DNA of 46,008 nt from NCBI GenBank assembly GCA_022813865.1, contig JALDZX010000096.1, positions 1 through 46,008 on the forward strand, read 5' to 3'. The notes under the pieces are model-generated. The model was given only the letters and a program-made list of their open reading frames with translations. It did no database searches and had not been told where the DNA came from. Origin of the DNA: Xylographa opegraphella. Its lineage: Eukaryota. A program made the position numbers and the translations under genes. Below are positions 22,393-34,002 of the stretch, one piece after another; position 1 is the stretch's first letter; every line of letters begins with the position of its first letter.

Positions 22393-23590
22393 ATGGTTGC
22401 CATGACACACCGACCCCTCCGAAAGTCCCAGTTGATCGCTTTCGACCATGCTGCAGCGGGCCAGTAGGTTCTCGGCACCCATTGACCTGAGCATTGAATG
22501 CTGACCAGCTGTTCTCAGTGAGGGCATCCTCTCCGATGTCTCTGGAGAGGTCCTCGCCAAGCCGTGCAAGCAGGCCGAGATAGACTTTTACGAATCCACG
22601 ACGGCCCACCCGGACTTTGCCTATTACATCCCCGTCCATTGCGGCACTCTCAGCCTCGGCCAGAGCCGCGATATTCCAGAAGCTGCTGCGGTCCTTCCTT
22701 CGTCCCTCAATGCCGACCACGATGCCGCGAAAGACCATCTCGAATCCGCAACAGCAACCGGGGTGCTGGAGCCTTGGGTCCCATCGAACGGAGGCAAGCT
22801 CAACACAGACTGCGCCATCGTGCTGGAGAACGTGGCCGCGGGGCTCCGCAAGCCGAACATCCTGGATGTGAAGCTCGGCGCGCGCCTTTGGGCTGACGAC
22901 GCCCCGCCCGCTAAGCGGCAGAAGCTCGACGACATGTCCCAAATTACGACCAGCAAGCCGCTCGGCTTCCGGATCGCGGGCATGAAGACCTGGATGGGCG
23001 TCAAAGCCGCAGGACTCAGCCACGTGAGCCCGGACGGCTACAAAATCTACGACAGGAAATACGGCCGCTCGCTGACGCCCGAGACGGTGCGCGAGGGCTT
23101 CGAGAACTACTTCTTCATCGAGAGCGCGGGCATCACCAAGAAATTCGCGCGCAGGCTGATCAAACGCTTCCTGGGGGCCTTGCGCGGGTTGCAAGAAGTG
23201 CTCGAGAAGGAGGAGAGCCGGATGTACTCCGCCAGCCTGCTCTTCGTCTACGAAGGCGATGGCGCAGGCCTGCAAGCGGATTTCGAGACGGAGAAGCAGG
23301 TGCTGGATTTGGAGACCGAGCACCAGCTTCTCGCGCTCGCAACTCCGCCAGACGGGGCACTTCCCAACGCTTCCCCTGACAGGACTGTGCTGGAAACTGA
23401 GGCAAATATCGAGGACGAGGACTACGATGACGACGACGATGACGAGGGCGTCGGCAATTTACCCAAAATCCAAGCCCTCAAAATGATCGACTTCGCGCAT
23501 GCGTCCTGGACGCCCGGGATGGGGCCGGACGAGAACGTGCTGCATGGGATTCGGAACGTCATCTCGATCCTCGAGGACCTCTTGACGTAG
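22393..23590 (+). CDS. Inositol polyphosphate multikinase (Ipk2/Arg82 family)
   Basis: FDHAAAGH-EG across intron 22464-22518, KPC..AEIDFYE, IVLENV, PNILDVKLG (PxxxDxKxG), TTSKPLGFRIAG, SASLLFVYEGD, MIDFAHA, GPDENVLHG. Confidence 0.93.
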
Positions 23591-24012
23591 TGAAGCTACC
23601 GGGCCTAGCGCTGTACTTGTAACTGTATTTATATAGTCCCGCAGGGTATGAGACTCATGAAAACAAGCACTGTCCTATTTGCGCCTTATATGTCCATGTA
23701 GCTCGACGCGTGAGTTCGATCTTCTAGCCAATGACTGGCGCTGTCAGTATGTCGAAGGGGTTGCGGTAGAGGCGGCAGAGCATAAAAGCCGTTGTTTGCG
23801 ATACACATGTTTCCAGTGAAGGGAGGGAGTCCACCATTCGATAACCTATATCACACATTTCCTATGCTTCAGGCATCTATTGATATGGTACTATTTTTCG
23901 AGTCGGAATATACACAGCTGGAAACTCGAAAGAACCCATTGCCCCAGCATGCCCGATATAATCCTACAACCAGCTCACCCATCCCAACTATCCCTCTGCC
24001 CCTATTCACCAC

Positions 24013-26655
24013 CTACGGCCCCACCAGACTCTCCAGCTCCTCCTTCCGCGCCCGGAACTCCTCCTGCGCCTCCCTCTCCCTCCGCATCACAAAGCTCACC
24101 TCAGCCCGCAAACCCTCCAGCCGGTGCCCTATGGCTGCTTCTTCTGCGACTTGCATGGTGCGCTCGGTATTCAGGGTGATATGAGCTTGTTCGAGCGCTT
24201 CCGCGGCCTCGGCAATCTTGGTACGCAGGGTTTTGGCGCGTTTCTGGTAGCCGCCGAGGTGGAGGGCGAGCTTTGACTCGAGGGCGTTGCCCTCTTTGGC
24301 GGTTTCGAGGAGGGCGGTGGTGATGTTCTAAAGGGGGTGGTCAGACGGAGATGGAAGAGAACATGGAAGGCGGAACATGTAAAGTGGGGGTTTGGATTGG
24401 ATGACAGTGAGTGAGCGGATGGCAGAGGTTCAGGAAAGGGGACCAATAGTGGCTTACATTGAATGTCTCAAGCATGACTTGGTGCTCAAGTCTTTCGCCT
24501 TTCTCTAGATCTGGGAAACCGGGAAGCTTTAAGTTGTTGTGGACCTCTTCCCATGCGGCTTCGGTAGCCTTCCGATGAGCTTCTGCATCTTGGGCTGGGG
24601 ATTCCCTGGTGATCTCTAGACGTGCTCTGCCAAGGGCTTCGTCGTCAAAATCTTCCAGTGGAGGCGAATAGCCATTGATCTTAGCTCCGGATACAGGAAA
24701 CTTTCGTGCGTCGTTGGACATGAGTAATGCAGCTTCCTGAGCGATAGTTCTTTCGATGGGATCTTTGATGTCAGAAGCACTCTTGATGAGCGAGTCGATA
24801 TCTACTGTTGCAGGACGCGGCAGGGCACGTTGCATTACCGTAGTTCTGCGTCCGAATTCTGCACGTTCCGCTGCCTCGCGGATTGCGTTGTTGCGACGAT
24901 CTCGCTCCGCTGCATCTTCTTCGGACAATTCAACGTTGCTAGCTGTGTCTAGCTGTTCTTCCGGAAGTTCGAGCTCCCAGTCTGTTTCCTTGGGTTTTGG
25001 CAGCGCGGCGAATCTAGAATATTTTAGCATAACTGCTATACGATCTTTCTGTCGGAGAGTACATACTGTGACTTTAACTGGTTCCTCATAGCATTTTCGC
25101 GCAGCTTGACTTCTCTGGGAGTACTGCCAACCATTTGCGTAGACATTGTGCCATCTTTATTGATTGCAAATTTATCTCGAGGAGTACGCATCGGGGTGGC
25201 TCCAGGACCATTGCGTAGAGGAGTAGCAGCCACCCCGTTCGCACCACCTTGCCGAAGAGGCGTAGCCATTGGATTCGGCGTTGACATGACATGTTTGCGT
25301 GGCGCAATACCATCAAAACCTGTAGACTCAGAACCTTCATGTAGAGGGGTATTCTCACCACCAAGCAGAGATGACTGCGTTTCTGTAAGAGCTCGTATGT
25401 TTCGGATCTCGTTGGCTATGTGGTCCTCCTGTGGCGGTGCTCTTGGTGTCCTTATAGGAGTCCCACCTACAATTCCGGTGTAGTTACCAACAAAGCCTCT
25501 TGTGGCTTCATTCTCGCCTTCGCTGGCAAGCCGACCCGCGCGTTCCCCAATCATTCCAAGCTTAACAATCTCCTCAAGTTCACTTTCACCAACTTGTGGA
25601 GCAGGTAATACTAAGGACCTCCTCTTGCTACTCTGTTCTGCTTCGCGGATTTTCTGCATTTGACCCGCTTTGGCTGCAGCTGCGAATGCTGCTGAAGGAC
25701 CACTCTTCTCTCCCTTCTGCCTCTTTCGACCTGGATCATCCTCCTGATCCCCTTTCCGTTTGTTAGCTAATTGCTGCTTCCGAGGATCAAAAGCCTCTCG
25801 TTGTTTCTCATTTCTTCCCATCTCTTCTTGAGTATCAAAGAACCCCGGAACTGCCTTCTTCTCAAACGGGATATCGGCGTTGTAGTCCATCTGTCCCTTT
25901 TTTCTGTTAACAATCTTGATGTTGATTCCAGCATTTTTCAGCTCTCTTCGCTTCTGTAGTAAAGCCAGCCGCCTTGACTCTTCCAGCTGCCGCTCTCGAG
26001 CCTTCCTCTTCGCTTTCTTCCCCTGGGTGTTTGCTAAACGAGCGCGAGCCTCACTTAACATTTCTTTCTCGTCTTCATCCAAGTCAATGGTATCTGGCCT
26101 GGCAGGCTTTGATTCTGGATCTGGATCGAGCTCCCCAGGCCGTAGTCTCCGGACATCATCTGCGCTGGGTGCCGCCGTCTCTCCTCCCTCAGGTCCACCC
26201 AATCCAAACTCATCGTTCTCCCTCGATTCGGCTTCGTCGAGCAACTTTTGATATCTTTCCAAGCATTGCGTAGCTGTTCTTCCCACAATTGGTGCAATAG
26301 TTCTCCACTGTGTAGGCATTAACTTTGCCAAATGTAGCAACTTCTCGTCTTCCTCCTTCGACCACTCTATCTTGCGAATTCCAGGATCCAACCATTCTGA
26401 CCACCGAGCTTTGCATTGCTTGGGAGTTTTGCGCGCAAGGAGTGAGGAAACGCGTGCCCATTGATTCAGGCCGTACTTCGAAACAGAAGCCTGGAGGAAC
26501 GTCAGTAAATCTAGCTAGCGGTCAAAAAGGTTTTGCCACAGCAGGGTCAAACCTTCAAGATCTCATCTTCTATGTTCGTCCTGGATAATATCAGTATGGT
26601 ACATGGAAGTTTTTTGGCACTGCGCTTACCAGACACCCCCCTTCACCACCGGCAT
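24013..26655 (-). CDS. CEF1: Pre-mRNA splicing factor Cef1/Cdc5 (Myb, NineTeen complex)
   Basis: [93 protein letters not shown]. Four introns; stop at 24013-24015. Confidence 0.96.
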
Positions 26656-26863
26656 CTTAAAATTTTACAAGAGTTTCGTGTTGTTGGGTGGCAGAATTGC
26701 TGAGTTACTTTGCTTGGTCGAGAAAGATAAATAGATTCACGCTTGTCTATGCTATTGGTCTAGTACCTCAAAATTCCATAATTATTACTTCAGGGCTGGC
26801 CTCAGCTTGACCCGATTGGTCAACGTCGCGCTTGTCTTATAGCCGCGCAAAAGCGGGAGCGGC

Positions 26864-26872
26864 TTGAGTCAT
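26864..26872. promoter_or_regulatory. Gcn4/CpcA (AP-1-like) consensus site in CEF1-NMD3 divergent promoter
   Basis: TTGAGTCAT (reverse ATGACTCAA), about 105 bp upstream of the NMD3 ATG. Motif match only. Confidence 0.3.
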
Positions 26873-26977
26873 CGCAGATGACGCGGGGCAGATTCCGAAT
26901 TTATAACTGTAGAAGGCGGCGCATACTCTTCTCTATTTTCACCTGCATATCACCTCTTGAATAACACTACAATAGAC

Positions 26978-28595
26978 ATGTCGATGGAAATAGATGCCCC
27001 AATTTCCCTGCCTCAAAGGCCACTGCTGTCACAGAATAATGCCACGTGAGTTACATTCATGGTGTCCTTGGCGCCACAGTACTGACAATGCCCTTAGAAT
27101 ACTCTGTTGCAATTGTGGCGCACCGATCGACGGGACCTCTTCAGCTGGCGCATTATGTTATGATTGTGTGAAACTCACCGTCGACATATCGGAAGGTGTT
27201 CAAAGAGAGGCCACACTCCACATATGTCGTGATTGCGAGAGATGGCTGCAACCACCTGCGCATTGGATCACCGCAGCCCCTGAGTCAAGAGAACTTTTGG
27301 CTCTTTGTCTAAGAAAACTCAGAGGGCTTGCAAAAGTAAGGATTATAGATGCAAGCTTCATTTGGACAGAACCTCATTCAAGACGAATCAAAGTCAAGCT
27401 CACCATACAGCAAGAAGCTTTTCAGGGAACTATTTTACAGCAGACATTTGAAGTGGAATATGTGGTGGCATATCATCAATGTCCTGACTGTGCGAAGTCC
27501 TTTACAGCGAACACTTGGCGAGCTGTTGTTCAAGTGCGGCAGAAAGTGCCGCACAAGCGAACATTCCTCTACCTTGAACAGCTCATTCTCAAACACTCTG
27601 CTCATAAGGATACTATCAATATCAAGGAAGTCAAAGACGGGTTAGACTTCTACTTTTCGGCTCGAAATCACGCAGAGAAATTTGTCGACTTCCTCACATC
27701 CGTTGCGCCAGTCCGATCAAAGAAATCCCAAGAACTTATATCCCACGACATTCATACCTCCACAAAATCCTACAAATTCTCTTTTTCATGCGAGCTTGTT
27801 CCAATATGCAAAGACGACCTTGTTGCTCTGCCAATCAAATTAGCAAAACAGATTGGTAACATATCGCCGCTCACGATTTGCTATCGTGTTGGTACTGCTA
27901 TCAATTTACTCGACCCTACCACTTTACAGACCGCTGATGTCTCAACACCCATATATTGGCGGTCACCTTTCAGCACCCTCGCAGACGTTCAAGAACTCGT
28001 AGAATTCGTTGTAATGGACATCGAGCCGCTTGGTCCAGAAAAGGGGCATTTTGTTCTTGCAGAAGCAACTGTGGCTCGAGCCTCAGATTTAGGAGTCAAC
28101 GACAAGACCTTTTATACACGCACCCATCTGGGAGGTGTTCTGCATCCAGGTGATTCGGTAATGGGCTATCACCTTTCGGGTACCAATTTCAATAGCCCAC
28201 AATTTGAGGCTCTAGAGGATAGTACTGCTCATGCCTCAGCGATACCCGATGTCATTCTAGTGAAGAAGTTCTATCCCCGAAAAAGGAAAAATCATAACCG
28301 GAATTGGCGCTTGAAGCGGATGAACAAGGATGAGGGAGAGATGCTTCCAAAGAAGACAGATCAAGAGAAAATGGAAATGGACTATGAGATGTTTTTGAGA
28401 GACGTCGAAGAGGATAAGGAGCTTCGAAGTACAGTCGCGCTATATAAGCAGAGAATGGACAAATCGAAGATGGATGGTATAGAGACGCAAAGTATGGCAG
28501 AGACGGAAGGTACGGACATTGATGGGTTTCCGAAGATCGACATCAATGAGTTGCTAGATGAGTTCGAGGAGCTCAATGTAGAGGATGAGGCATAA
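26978..28595 (+). CDS. NMD3: 60S ribosomal export adaptor Nmd3
   Basis: Exon 26978-27045, intron 27046-27097, then ILCCNCG, ESRELLALCL, IDASFIWTEPHSRRIKVK, WRAVVQVRQKVPHKRTFLYLEQLILKH and a C-terminal NES-like INELLDEFEEL. Confidence 0.96.
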
Positions 28596-28690
28596 TCACC
28601 ACCCTGGCTTATATTTCGGGGTGAAAGAAAATCTAAAGTATGGCACATGTTACAATCATAGCTCAGGAAAAGACGTAGGCTTTAGAAGCT

Positions 28691-29692
28691 CTAGAATATT
28701 TTACTGAGAACCCTAGTAACATCATCAGGCTGTTCTTGCATTCCATGGCTATTCGCCGTCTTGATCTTAACCTCGTTCTGTCTGAACCTTCTCTCGAATG
28801 GCCTCTTACCATTCAAGAGGGGGTCAGCATTCCGAAGTGTCGCTGTTGCTCCATCGACATTTTCCCCAGTCCGTCTTTCATCGTCTTCTTTCTTTTTCCG
28901 TTTCATTTCCATTCCCTTTTCTCTCTTCGCAGCCTCCACGTTCCCCAGGAATGCCTTCCTCTCCCTTTGTTCACGCTGAAGTTCAGCCCTCATCCTCCCT
29001 TCTCTGGCCTTCTCCTCTCCCTGGATTTGCTCCATCAGATCGCTCCACTTGAAGCCCCTTAGGTACTTGATATTCCATATATCATCATGATACCAGCCCC
29101 CCTTCTTCCCTCCAATTGTCTGTCCATTGAGAGTTTCGGCACATATCTTAGCACGTTTCTTAGAAGCAAACTCCACCCAACCATCAATAAATGAGCGCTT
29201 TTTATTTCCACCAGCTTTAATGCGGCGAGTGTAGACTGTTGGCGGTTCAGGCGTAAGAAACAAGCGTGATATGTCTCCGTATGGTGTCAGAAGATGGCGG
29301 ATAGTGGAAGGTCGCATAAACGGTGGAATACGAGAGAGGTAGAGCACACCAGTTTTCCGAGCTTTGCGCTGCGAACTGGCTAGTTGCGACTGGGTGAGTG
29401 GCTTCAGTTTGGAATTCTTGGTAGGTGGGAGGGATCCAGTTGCTGCATCAGGACTTCGGGTAGTAGCATCTTGCTCTGCTTTTGGTTTTGCTGTAACGGG
29501 TGCGTCATTTTCTGAGGCTTCTGATGCATCTTCATCAAATGCATCGGTCCTCCGCCTTTTGGGCTTTCGCGTGCTCAAGCCATTGAGCCTACTGTTTCGA
29601 GCGTCTTCGACTTCGTCTAAGAGATCGACAGCATCAGCTTCTCCTTCACTGGATTCCACATCAAGGTACTCGTTAATTTTTCTGGCTGTCAT
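28691..29692 (-). CDS. ESF2: Pre-rRNA-processing protein Esf2/ABT1
   Basis: KTGVLYLSRIPPFM, GWVEF..KKRAKICAETLN..IGGKKG..YHDDIWNIKYLRGFKWSDL; C-terminus VLSKIF. Confidence 0.95.
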   Translation of the reverse strand: MTARKINEYLDVESSEGEADAVDLLDEVEDARNSRLNGLSTRKPKRRRTDAFDEDASEASENDAPVTAKPKAEQDATTRSPDAATGSLPPTKNSKLKPLTQSQLASSQRKARKTGVLYLSRIPPFMRPSTIRHLLTPYGDISRLFLTPEPPTVYTRRIKAGGNKKRSFIDGWVEFASKKRAKICAETLNGQTIGGKKGGWYHDDIWNIKYLRGFKWSDLMEQIQGEEKAREGRMRAELQREQRERKAFLGNVEAAKREKGMEMKRKKKEDDERRTGENVDGATATLRNADPLLNGKRPFERRFRQNEVKIKTANSHGMQEQPDDVTRVLSKIF

Positions 29693-29891
29693 GCTTGGTG
29701 GGCTCTGTTCGAGAATTGGTCCTCGCGTGGAAGTCGAGAATAGTTCCCTACGGTAAAAGCCGTACCAAGTACTTGCCCGTATCCTGGCCTAACTTCTAGC
29801 CGTAATTTATGAGCTTAACAGCCGCGGAACCGAAGTTCAGAGTGCTACAGCTTTATAACCAATAAATAGTAAAAGCAAGCTGTCGTCCAGA

Positions 29892-30914
29892 ATGGTTTTG
29901 ATCAGAGCCCTGCCAGCTATTCAAAGATGCAGTAACTGCCAGTCTCGACTCCTCATTACACTCGCTTCCCTAGCTGGGCTATCCTTACGTACAACAAGAC
30001 AGACTCTGCCTATATCACGGCTGGTTCAAAGCGTTGCTATCCCTCGCAATTTCTCTACAGCACAAAGCCAATCTTCGGAGCTCGTACAGTATGAGGAAAA
30101 TCAGGACGACGAAGAGAGCGCTTTAGACGTGTCTGGAGAGGATCTAGGAGCATCTCCTACAGTTCCTACGCAGGACTCAGAAAGCGGTGTTCCATGGTAT
30201 CTTCAAGTGCCACCACCTCCGTCAGTTACCAGCCCTCTTTCAGACCGGCAAAGGCTACCAGAAATTCCAGAGGACCCACCCACTCTTTTACTGCCGATCC
30301 TCGAGCACCTATCTAACGAAGTTGGTCTCGACGACCTGACACTTCTTGACATTCGAAAACTGGACCCACCTCCAGCGCTAGGTGCAAATCTTATAATGCT
30401 GCTCGGAACTGCACGAAGTGAAAAGCATCTTCACATCTCAGCCGACAGATTTTGCAGGTGGTTGCGGACAGTTCACAAGCTTTCACCTTACGCGGATGGC
30501 CTTTTGGGACGGAATGAGCTCAAGCTCAAGATGAGGCGAAAAGCCCGCCGAGCAAAATTACTCGGTAGTGTTGGATCCACCGATAAAGGAGACACAGATG
30601 ATGGAATTAGAACGGGATGGGTGTGTGTCAACATCGGCTCTATAGAAGCTGACAAAGGAGGCACAGAGACGGTGGATTATCCGGAGGAAATGGCAGATGG
30701 GTTTGTAGGATTTGGGGGCGAAAGTGATGGGGTGAAACTGGTCGTACAAATGCTCACGGAAGAAAAGCGGGAAGAGCTGGACCTAGAAACTCTCTGGGGA
30801 GGCTTCCTAGCACGGCAACAACGAAAGGAGGTTAGGGAAGCTGAAAAGCAATTGCAGGAAGCGAAGGATCGAGAATTCGTTCACGGCTTTGCCGAAGGAA
30901 AGAGTCTTGCCTGA
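29892..30914 (+). CDS. ATP25: Mitochondrial ATPase synthesis protein 25, N-terminal Rsf-like domain only
   Basis: Arg/Ser/Leu-rich presequence; PWYLQ, GLDDLTLLDIRKLDPPPALGANLIMLLGTARSEKHLH, ADGLLGRNELKLK, DDGIRTGWVCVNIG, FVGFG, VVQMLTEEKREELDLETLW. Ends at 340 aa. Confidence 0.88.
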   Translation: MVLIRALPAIQRCSNCQSRLLITLASLAGLSLRTTRQTLPISRLVQSVAIPRNFSTAQSQSSELVQYEENQDDEESALDVSGEDLGASPTVPTQDSESGVPWYLQVPPPPSVTSPLSDRQRLPEIPEDPPTLLLPILEHLSNEVGLDDLTLLDIRKLDPPPALGANLIMLLGTARSEKHLHISADRFCRWLRTVHKLSPYADGLLGRNELKLKMRRKARRAKLLGSVGSTDKGDTDDGIRTGWVCVNIGSIEADKGGTETVDYPEEMADGFVGFGGESDGVKLVVQMLTEEKREELDLETLWGGFLARQQRKEVREAEKQLQEAKDREFVHGFAEGKSLA

Positions 30915-31139
30915 AAGGATCAGTGAGCTAGAAAACCATTAAGGTCATTGTTGGTCGGTGCTACATCCCTTTATGATACCCGTGGTCGCTCAGGCTTCAC
31001 GCAATACTATCCTCAGAAACGTTCGCTGGCTCTGCAAAGAAATATTCTCAACACTGTCGACCCATCATTCTGTCAGCACAAGCATGATTGAGACGTATAC
31101 AGCTCTTTGAGGTCATATCTAGGAAAGGCTGGGTCTTTG

Positions 31140-32384
31140 CTACGGAAGTTCTGTCCAGTGTCGATTCCAGTTGAACTTCAACGCCTCATCTCCGTAAGCT
31201 AGCCATCCCGTGGTCATATTACGAGCGAAGATCTCTATTGCTCGATAGTTTCCATGATTTGACATCATCGGCTCGATCAAACTTTTCAAGCACGGCTTTC
31301 TGGAGTGGAGATCTGGAACTCCAGCGATCAATTTCCTTAAGATATTCGTGGCGATATTGCCATCAGCTGGAGCCGACACCCCGTCAGACATTTCCTTGCG
31401 TCCTAGAAGCAGTACTTCATAGGGCTTTCTCCACAGACCTTCCACCTCAAACACCGGCTCTCCGCTCGCCGTTGTTTTGATCCAGATCCACTCTTCGACC
31501 AGATGGACATTCCAGGCTTCGAAACAGTTTCTGGCAGTTTCTCTGACACCGGGCTTATTTGTGATCCAGCAGCCAACCAATCCGTTCGGAGCAATATGCT
31601 GGTCCAATTCTTCATGCAATAATTGAACAGGGTCTTCGTCCCTTATGGTTTTATATGACTTGGACCGGGCAACTGATCTGTTCTGCCACGGCGGATCCAG
31701 CAGAATAAAGTCGAATTGACCTGGACCTGCGGAAGCGGTTGATGTTGGGTACAGACGCAGAGCCTCGTACCTGAATGCCCAAGCAGTTCGCGCCCCAATA
31801 TTGCTAAGAATCATCTCTGAATGTGGTGGGATATGAAATATTGCCGGAGGGTTAGGTATGGACATTTCAGCTGATCTGGAAGTAGCATTTTGGACGGTGA
31901 CCATACCGCCCTCAGCGCTTATGGTATACGTGCAAGGCTTAGTGCATGCTTTGGTCATCTTGAAGCTCAATTCACGAATTGATAGATGTGGCTCTTGCAC
32001 AAGCATAGTCCGATCAACTGAAGCATCTACATCTTCAATTCTACGCTTTTTACGTGGTGGGTGTGCCACCGGCGGTACCTTTCGAGGTAGACACCAGCTG
32101 CCATCATGCGAATTCCTAATCTCCCGTAGCCCCTTTTTAATAAAGTCAGCGTAGTCGGAAGATTCCTCAACGGGACCCATGTGACACAAGACTCTTTCAC
32201 GAGCAACACTTGATTTTGGTTCTGTAGATACATATCGCTCTTCCAGTGGTGGAGTGGATAGTAATATGTGATCGCATGATTGACCAGGGAAGACTTGAGC
32301 TAGGCTTATTGAGAATGGGATGTCGATGAGTGTGACGGTCTTTTCTTTGTTCTGGTATAGAATGGCCGTTGTGAGAAGCTCCAT
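31140..32384 (-). CDS. MT-A70 family N6-adenine methyltransferase (METTL4-like)
   Basis: FDFILLDPPWQNRSV, GCWITNK, EEWIWIKTT.SGEP, RKPYEVLLLGR, VPDLHSRKP, EIFARN..GW..YGDEALKF. Confidence 0.92.
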   Translation of the reverse strand: MELLTTAILYQNKEKTVTLIDIPFSISLAQVFPGQSCDHILLSTPPLEERYVSTEPKSSVARERVLCHMGPVEESSDYADFIKKGLREIRNSHDGSWCLPRKVPPVAHPPRKKRRIEDVDASVDRTMLVQEPHLSIRELSFKMTKACTKPCTYTISAEGGMVTVQNATSRSAEMSIPNPPAIFHIPPHSEMILSNIGARTAWAFRYEALRLYPTSTASAGPGQFDFILLDPPWQNRSVARSKSYKTIRDEDPVQLLHEELDQHIAPNGLVGCWITNKPGVRETARNCFEAWNVHLVEEWIWIKTTASGEPVFEVEGLWRKPYEVLLLGRKEMSDGVSAPADGNIATNILRKLIAGVPDLHSRKPCLKSLIEPMMSNHGNYRAIEIFARNMTTGWLAYGDEALKFNWNRHWTELP

Positions 32385-32694
32385 GTTTGAGATTGGTCTG
32401 AACTTGCACCTGGCTATTCATTAATATGAGACCTCGTTATGCACGAAGAGAGGTGAAGCTTCCGAGCAAAAAGCTGAGGCATATGGTCCACACAGGCCTT
32501 AATAGGGCTCAAGGCATCGAGCTCGGCTAGGAACTAGCTCCTATATCTAGCCTCGGCAATTTCAGCCGGCGCTTCTACAATTCCCCACGCTACGTCACGG
32601 AACATGCATCTCCATCATAGCGGTATCATAAAATGCCTTGAGCCTGTCTAAACGATCGATAGCCTCCGATAGCTGCCGCCTTACTCTGGTGGGT

Positions 32695-34002
32695 ATGAGC
32701 CCCAACCAGATTGGCGATGCCGTATTTTCTACAGATGCCCTACAAGCCCAGGAGATGGGCGTCACGCGAGGGACTGGCGGGGGAAACGAGAAGGTCGAGG
32801 GCCGAAAGAACACTGTGGTCGTGACACCCGTGGAGGCGGACCGCTCGAGGAAAATTGACAAGCAGAGCCTCGACTACGTATGGCGGACAGGTCTGGCTGG
32901 GGGCCTCGCAGGATCTGCTGTAAGGACATCTAGGGCTTTACGTCGTCTTCTAGCTGCAGACACCGAAGAGCTAATTCATTGTGTACAGGCCAAGACAGTG
33001 GTGGCCCCTCTCGACCGAGTCAAAATTCTCTTCCAAGCCTCAAATCCTCAGTTTGCTAAGTACACTGGCTCCTGGTTCGGCGTGGTGACTGCCATGCGAG
33101 ATATCAACCAGCAGGAGGGCCTCCGTGGTCTCTATCGCGGCCACTCAGCAACTTTACTCCGTATCTTCCCCTACGCAGCGATCAAATTCCTTGCATACGA
33201 GCAGATACGATCCGTTGTCATAAAGGACAAATCCCAAGAGACGGTTGGCCGCCGCCTCGTCTCCGGCTCCCTCGCAGGCATTACCTCCGTCTTCTTCACG
33301 TACCCCCTGGAGGTCATCCGTGTCCGGCTGGCATTCGAGACCAGGAAGGACGCCCGATCGAGCCTTTCCAGAATCTGCAAGCAGATCTACAACGAGCATC
33401 CTCCATCGCCAGCCGCACACCTTTCGTCTTCAGCTGCAGCGGTAACAAACAGTTCCGGCAACGCTTCTGCTCCTCTTCGCGCCGCAGCATCCACTCTCGT
33501 CTCCACAACCACTGCCCTTCAAGCCGTCCGCCCCAGCTCCGGCGTTTCCAACTTTTACCGTGGCTTTTCCCCTACGCTCTGGGGAATGCTCCCCTACGCA
33601 GGCGTATCCTTCCTCACGCACGACACCGTCGGCGACTGGTTTCGCCTGCCTTCTATAGCACAATATACTACAATGCCCGTCGCCAGAACCTCATCCACAT
33701 CATCCTCCCAGTCACGTGCACCGCTTCGAACCCCCTACGAACTCATCTCCGGCGCGCTTGCCGGTTTCATCTCTCAGACAGTCTCCTATCCACTGGAGGT
33801 CATACGGAGACGGATGCAGGTAGGCGGCGCTGTGGGAGACGGGCACAGACTCGGCATGGGCGAGACCGCCCGGCGCATCTGGGCGGAGAAAGGGGCAAGG
33901 GGCTTCTGGGTAGGTCTGACGATAGGGTATGCGAAGGTAGTGCCGATGGTAGCCGTCAGTTTTTGGGTCTATGAGCGGGGGAAATTGGCGTTGGGGGTAT
34001 AG
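32695..34002 (+). CDS. Mitochondrial carrier, Leu5/SLC25A16-type (CoA transporter-like)
   Basis: Three carrier signatures (APLDRVKILFQ, YPLEVIRVRL, YPLEVIRRRMQ), GHSATLLRIFPYAAIKF, GMLPYAGVSF. Intron 32920-32988. Start codon uncertain. Confidence 0.9.
   Translation: MSPNQIGDAVFSTDALQAQEMGVTRGTGGGNEKVEGRKNTVVVTPVEADRSRKIDKQSLDYVWRTGLAGGLAGSAVRTSRALRRLLAADTEELIHCVQAKTVVAPLDRVKILFQASNPQFAKYTGSWFGVVTAMRDINQQEGLRGLYRGHSATLLRIFPYAAIKFLAYEQIRSVVIKDKSQETVGRRLVSGSLAGITSVFFTYPLEVIRVRLAFETRKDARSSLSRICKQIYNEHPPSPAAHLSSSAAAVTNSSGNASAPLRAAASTLVSTTTALQAVRPSSGVSNFYRGFSPTLWGMLPYAGVSFLTHDTVGDWFRLPSIAQYTTMPVARTSSTSSSQSRAPLRTPYELISGALAGFISQTVSYPLEVIRRRMQVGGAVGDGHRLGMGETARRIWAEKGARGFWVGLTIGYAKVVPMVAVSFWVYERGKLALGV

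Noticed and set aside
22382..23323. 313-aa antisense ORF over the inositol kinase gene
   Set aside because: Shadow ORF caused by high GC3 on the sense strand; no motifs. The same applies to the antisense ORFs over the SUN, Pmp3 and GAL10 genes.
23700..23740. GAGTTCGATC T-loop/B-box-like motif suggesting a tRNA
   Set aside because: No cloverleaf stems or A-box could be built around it.
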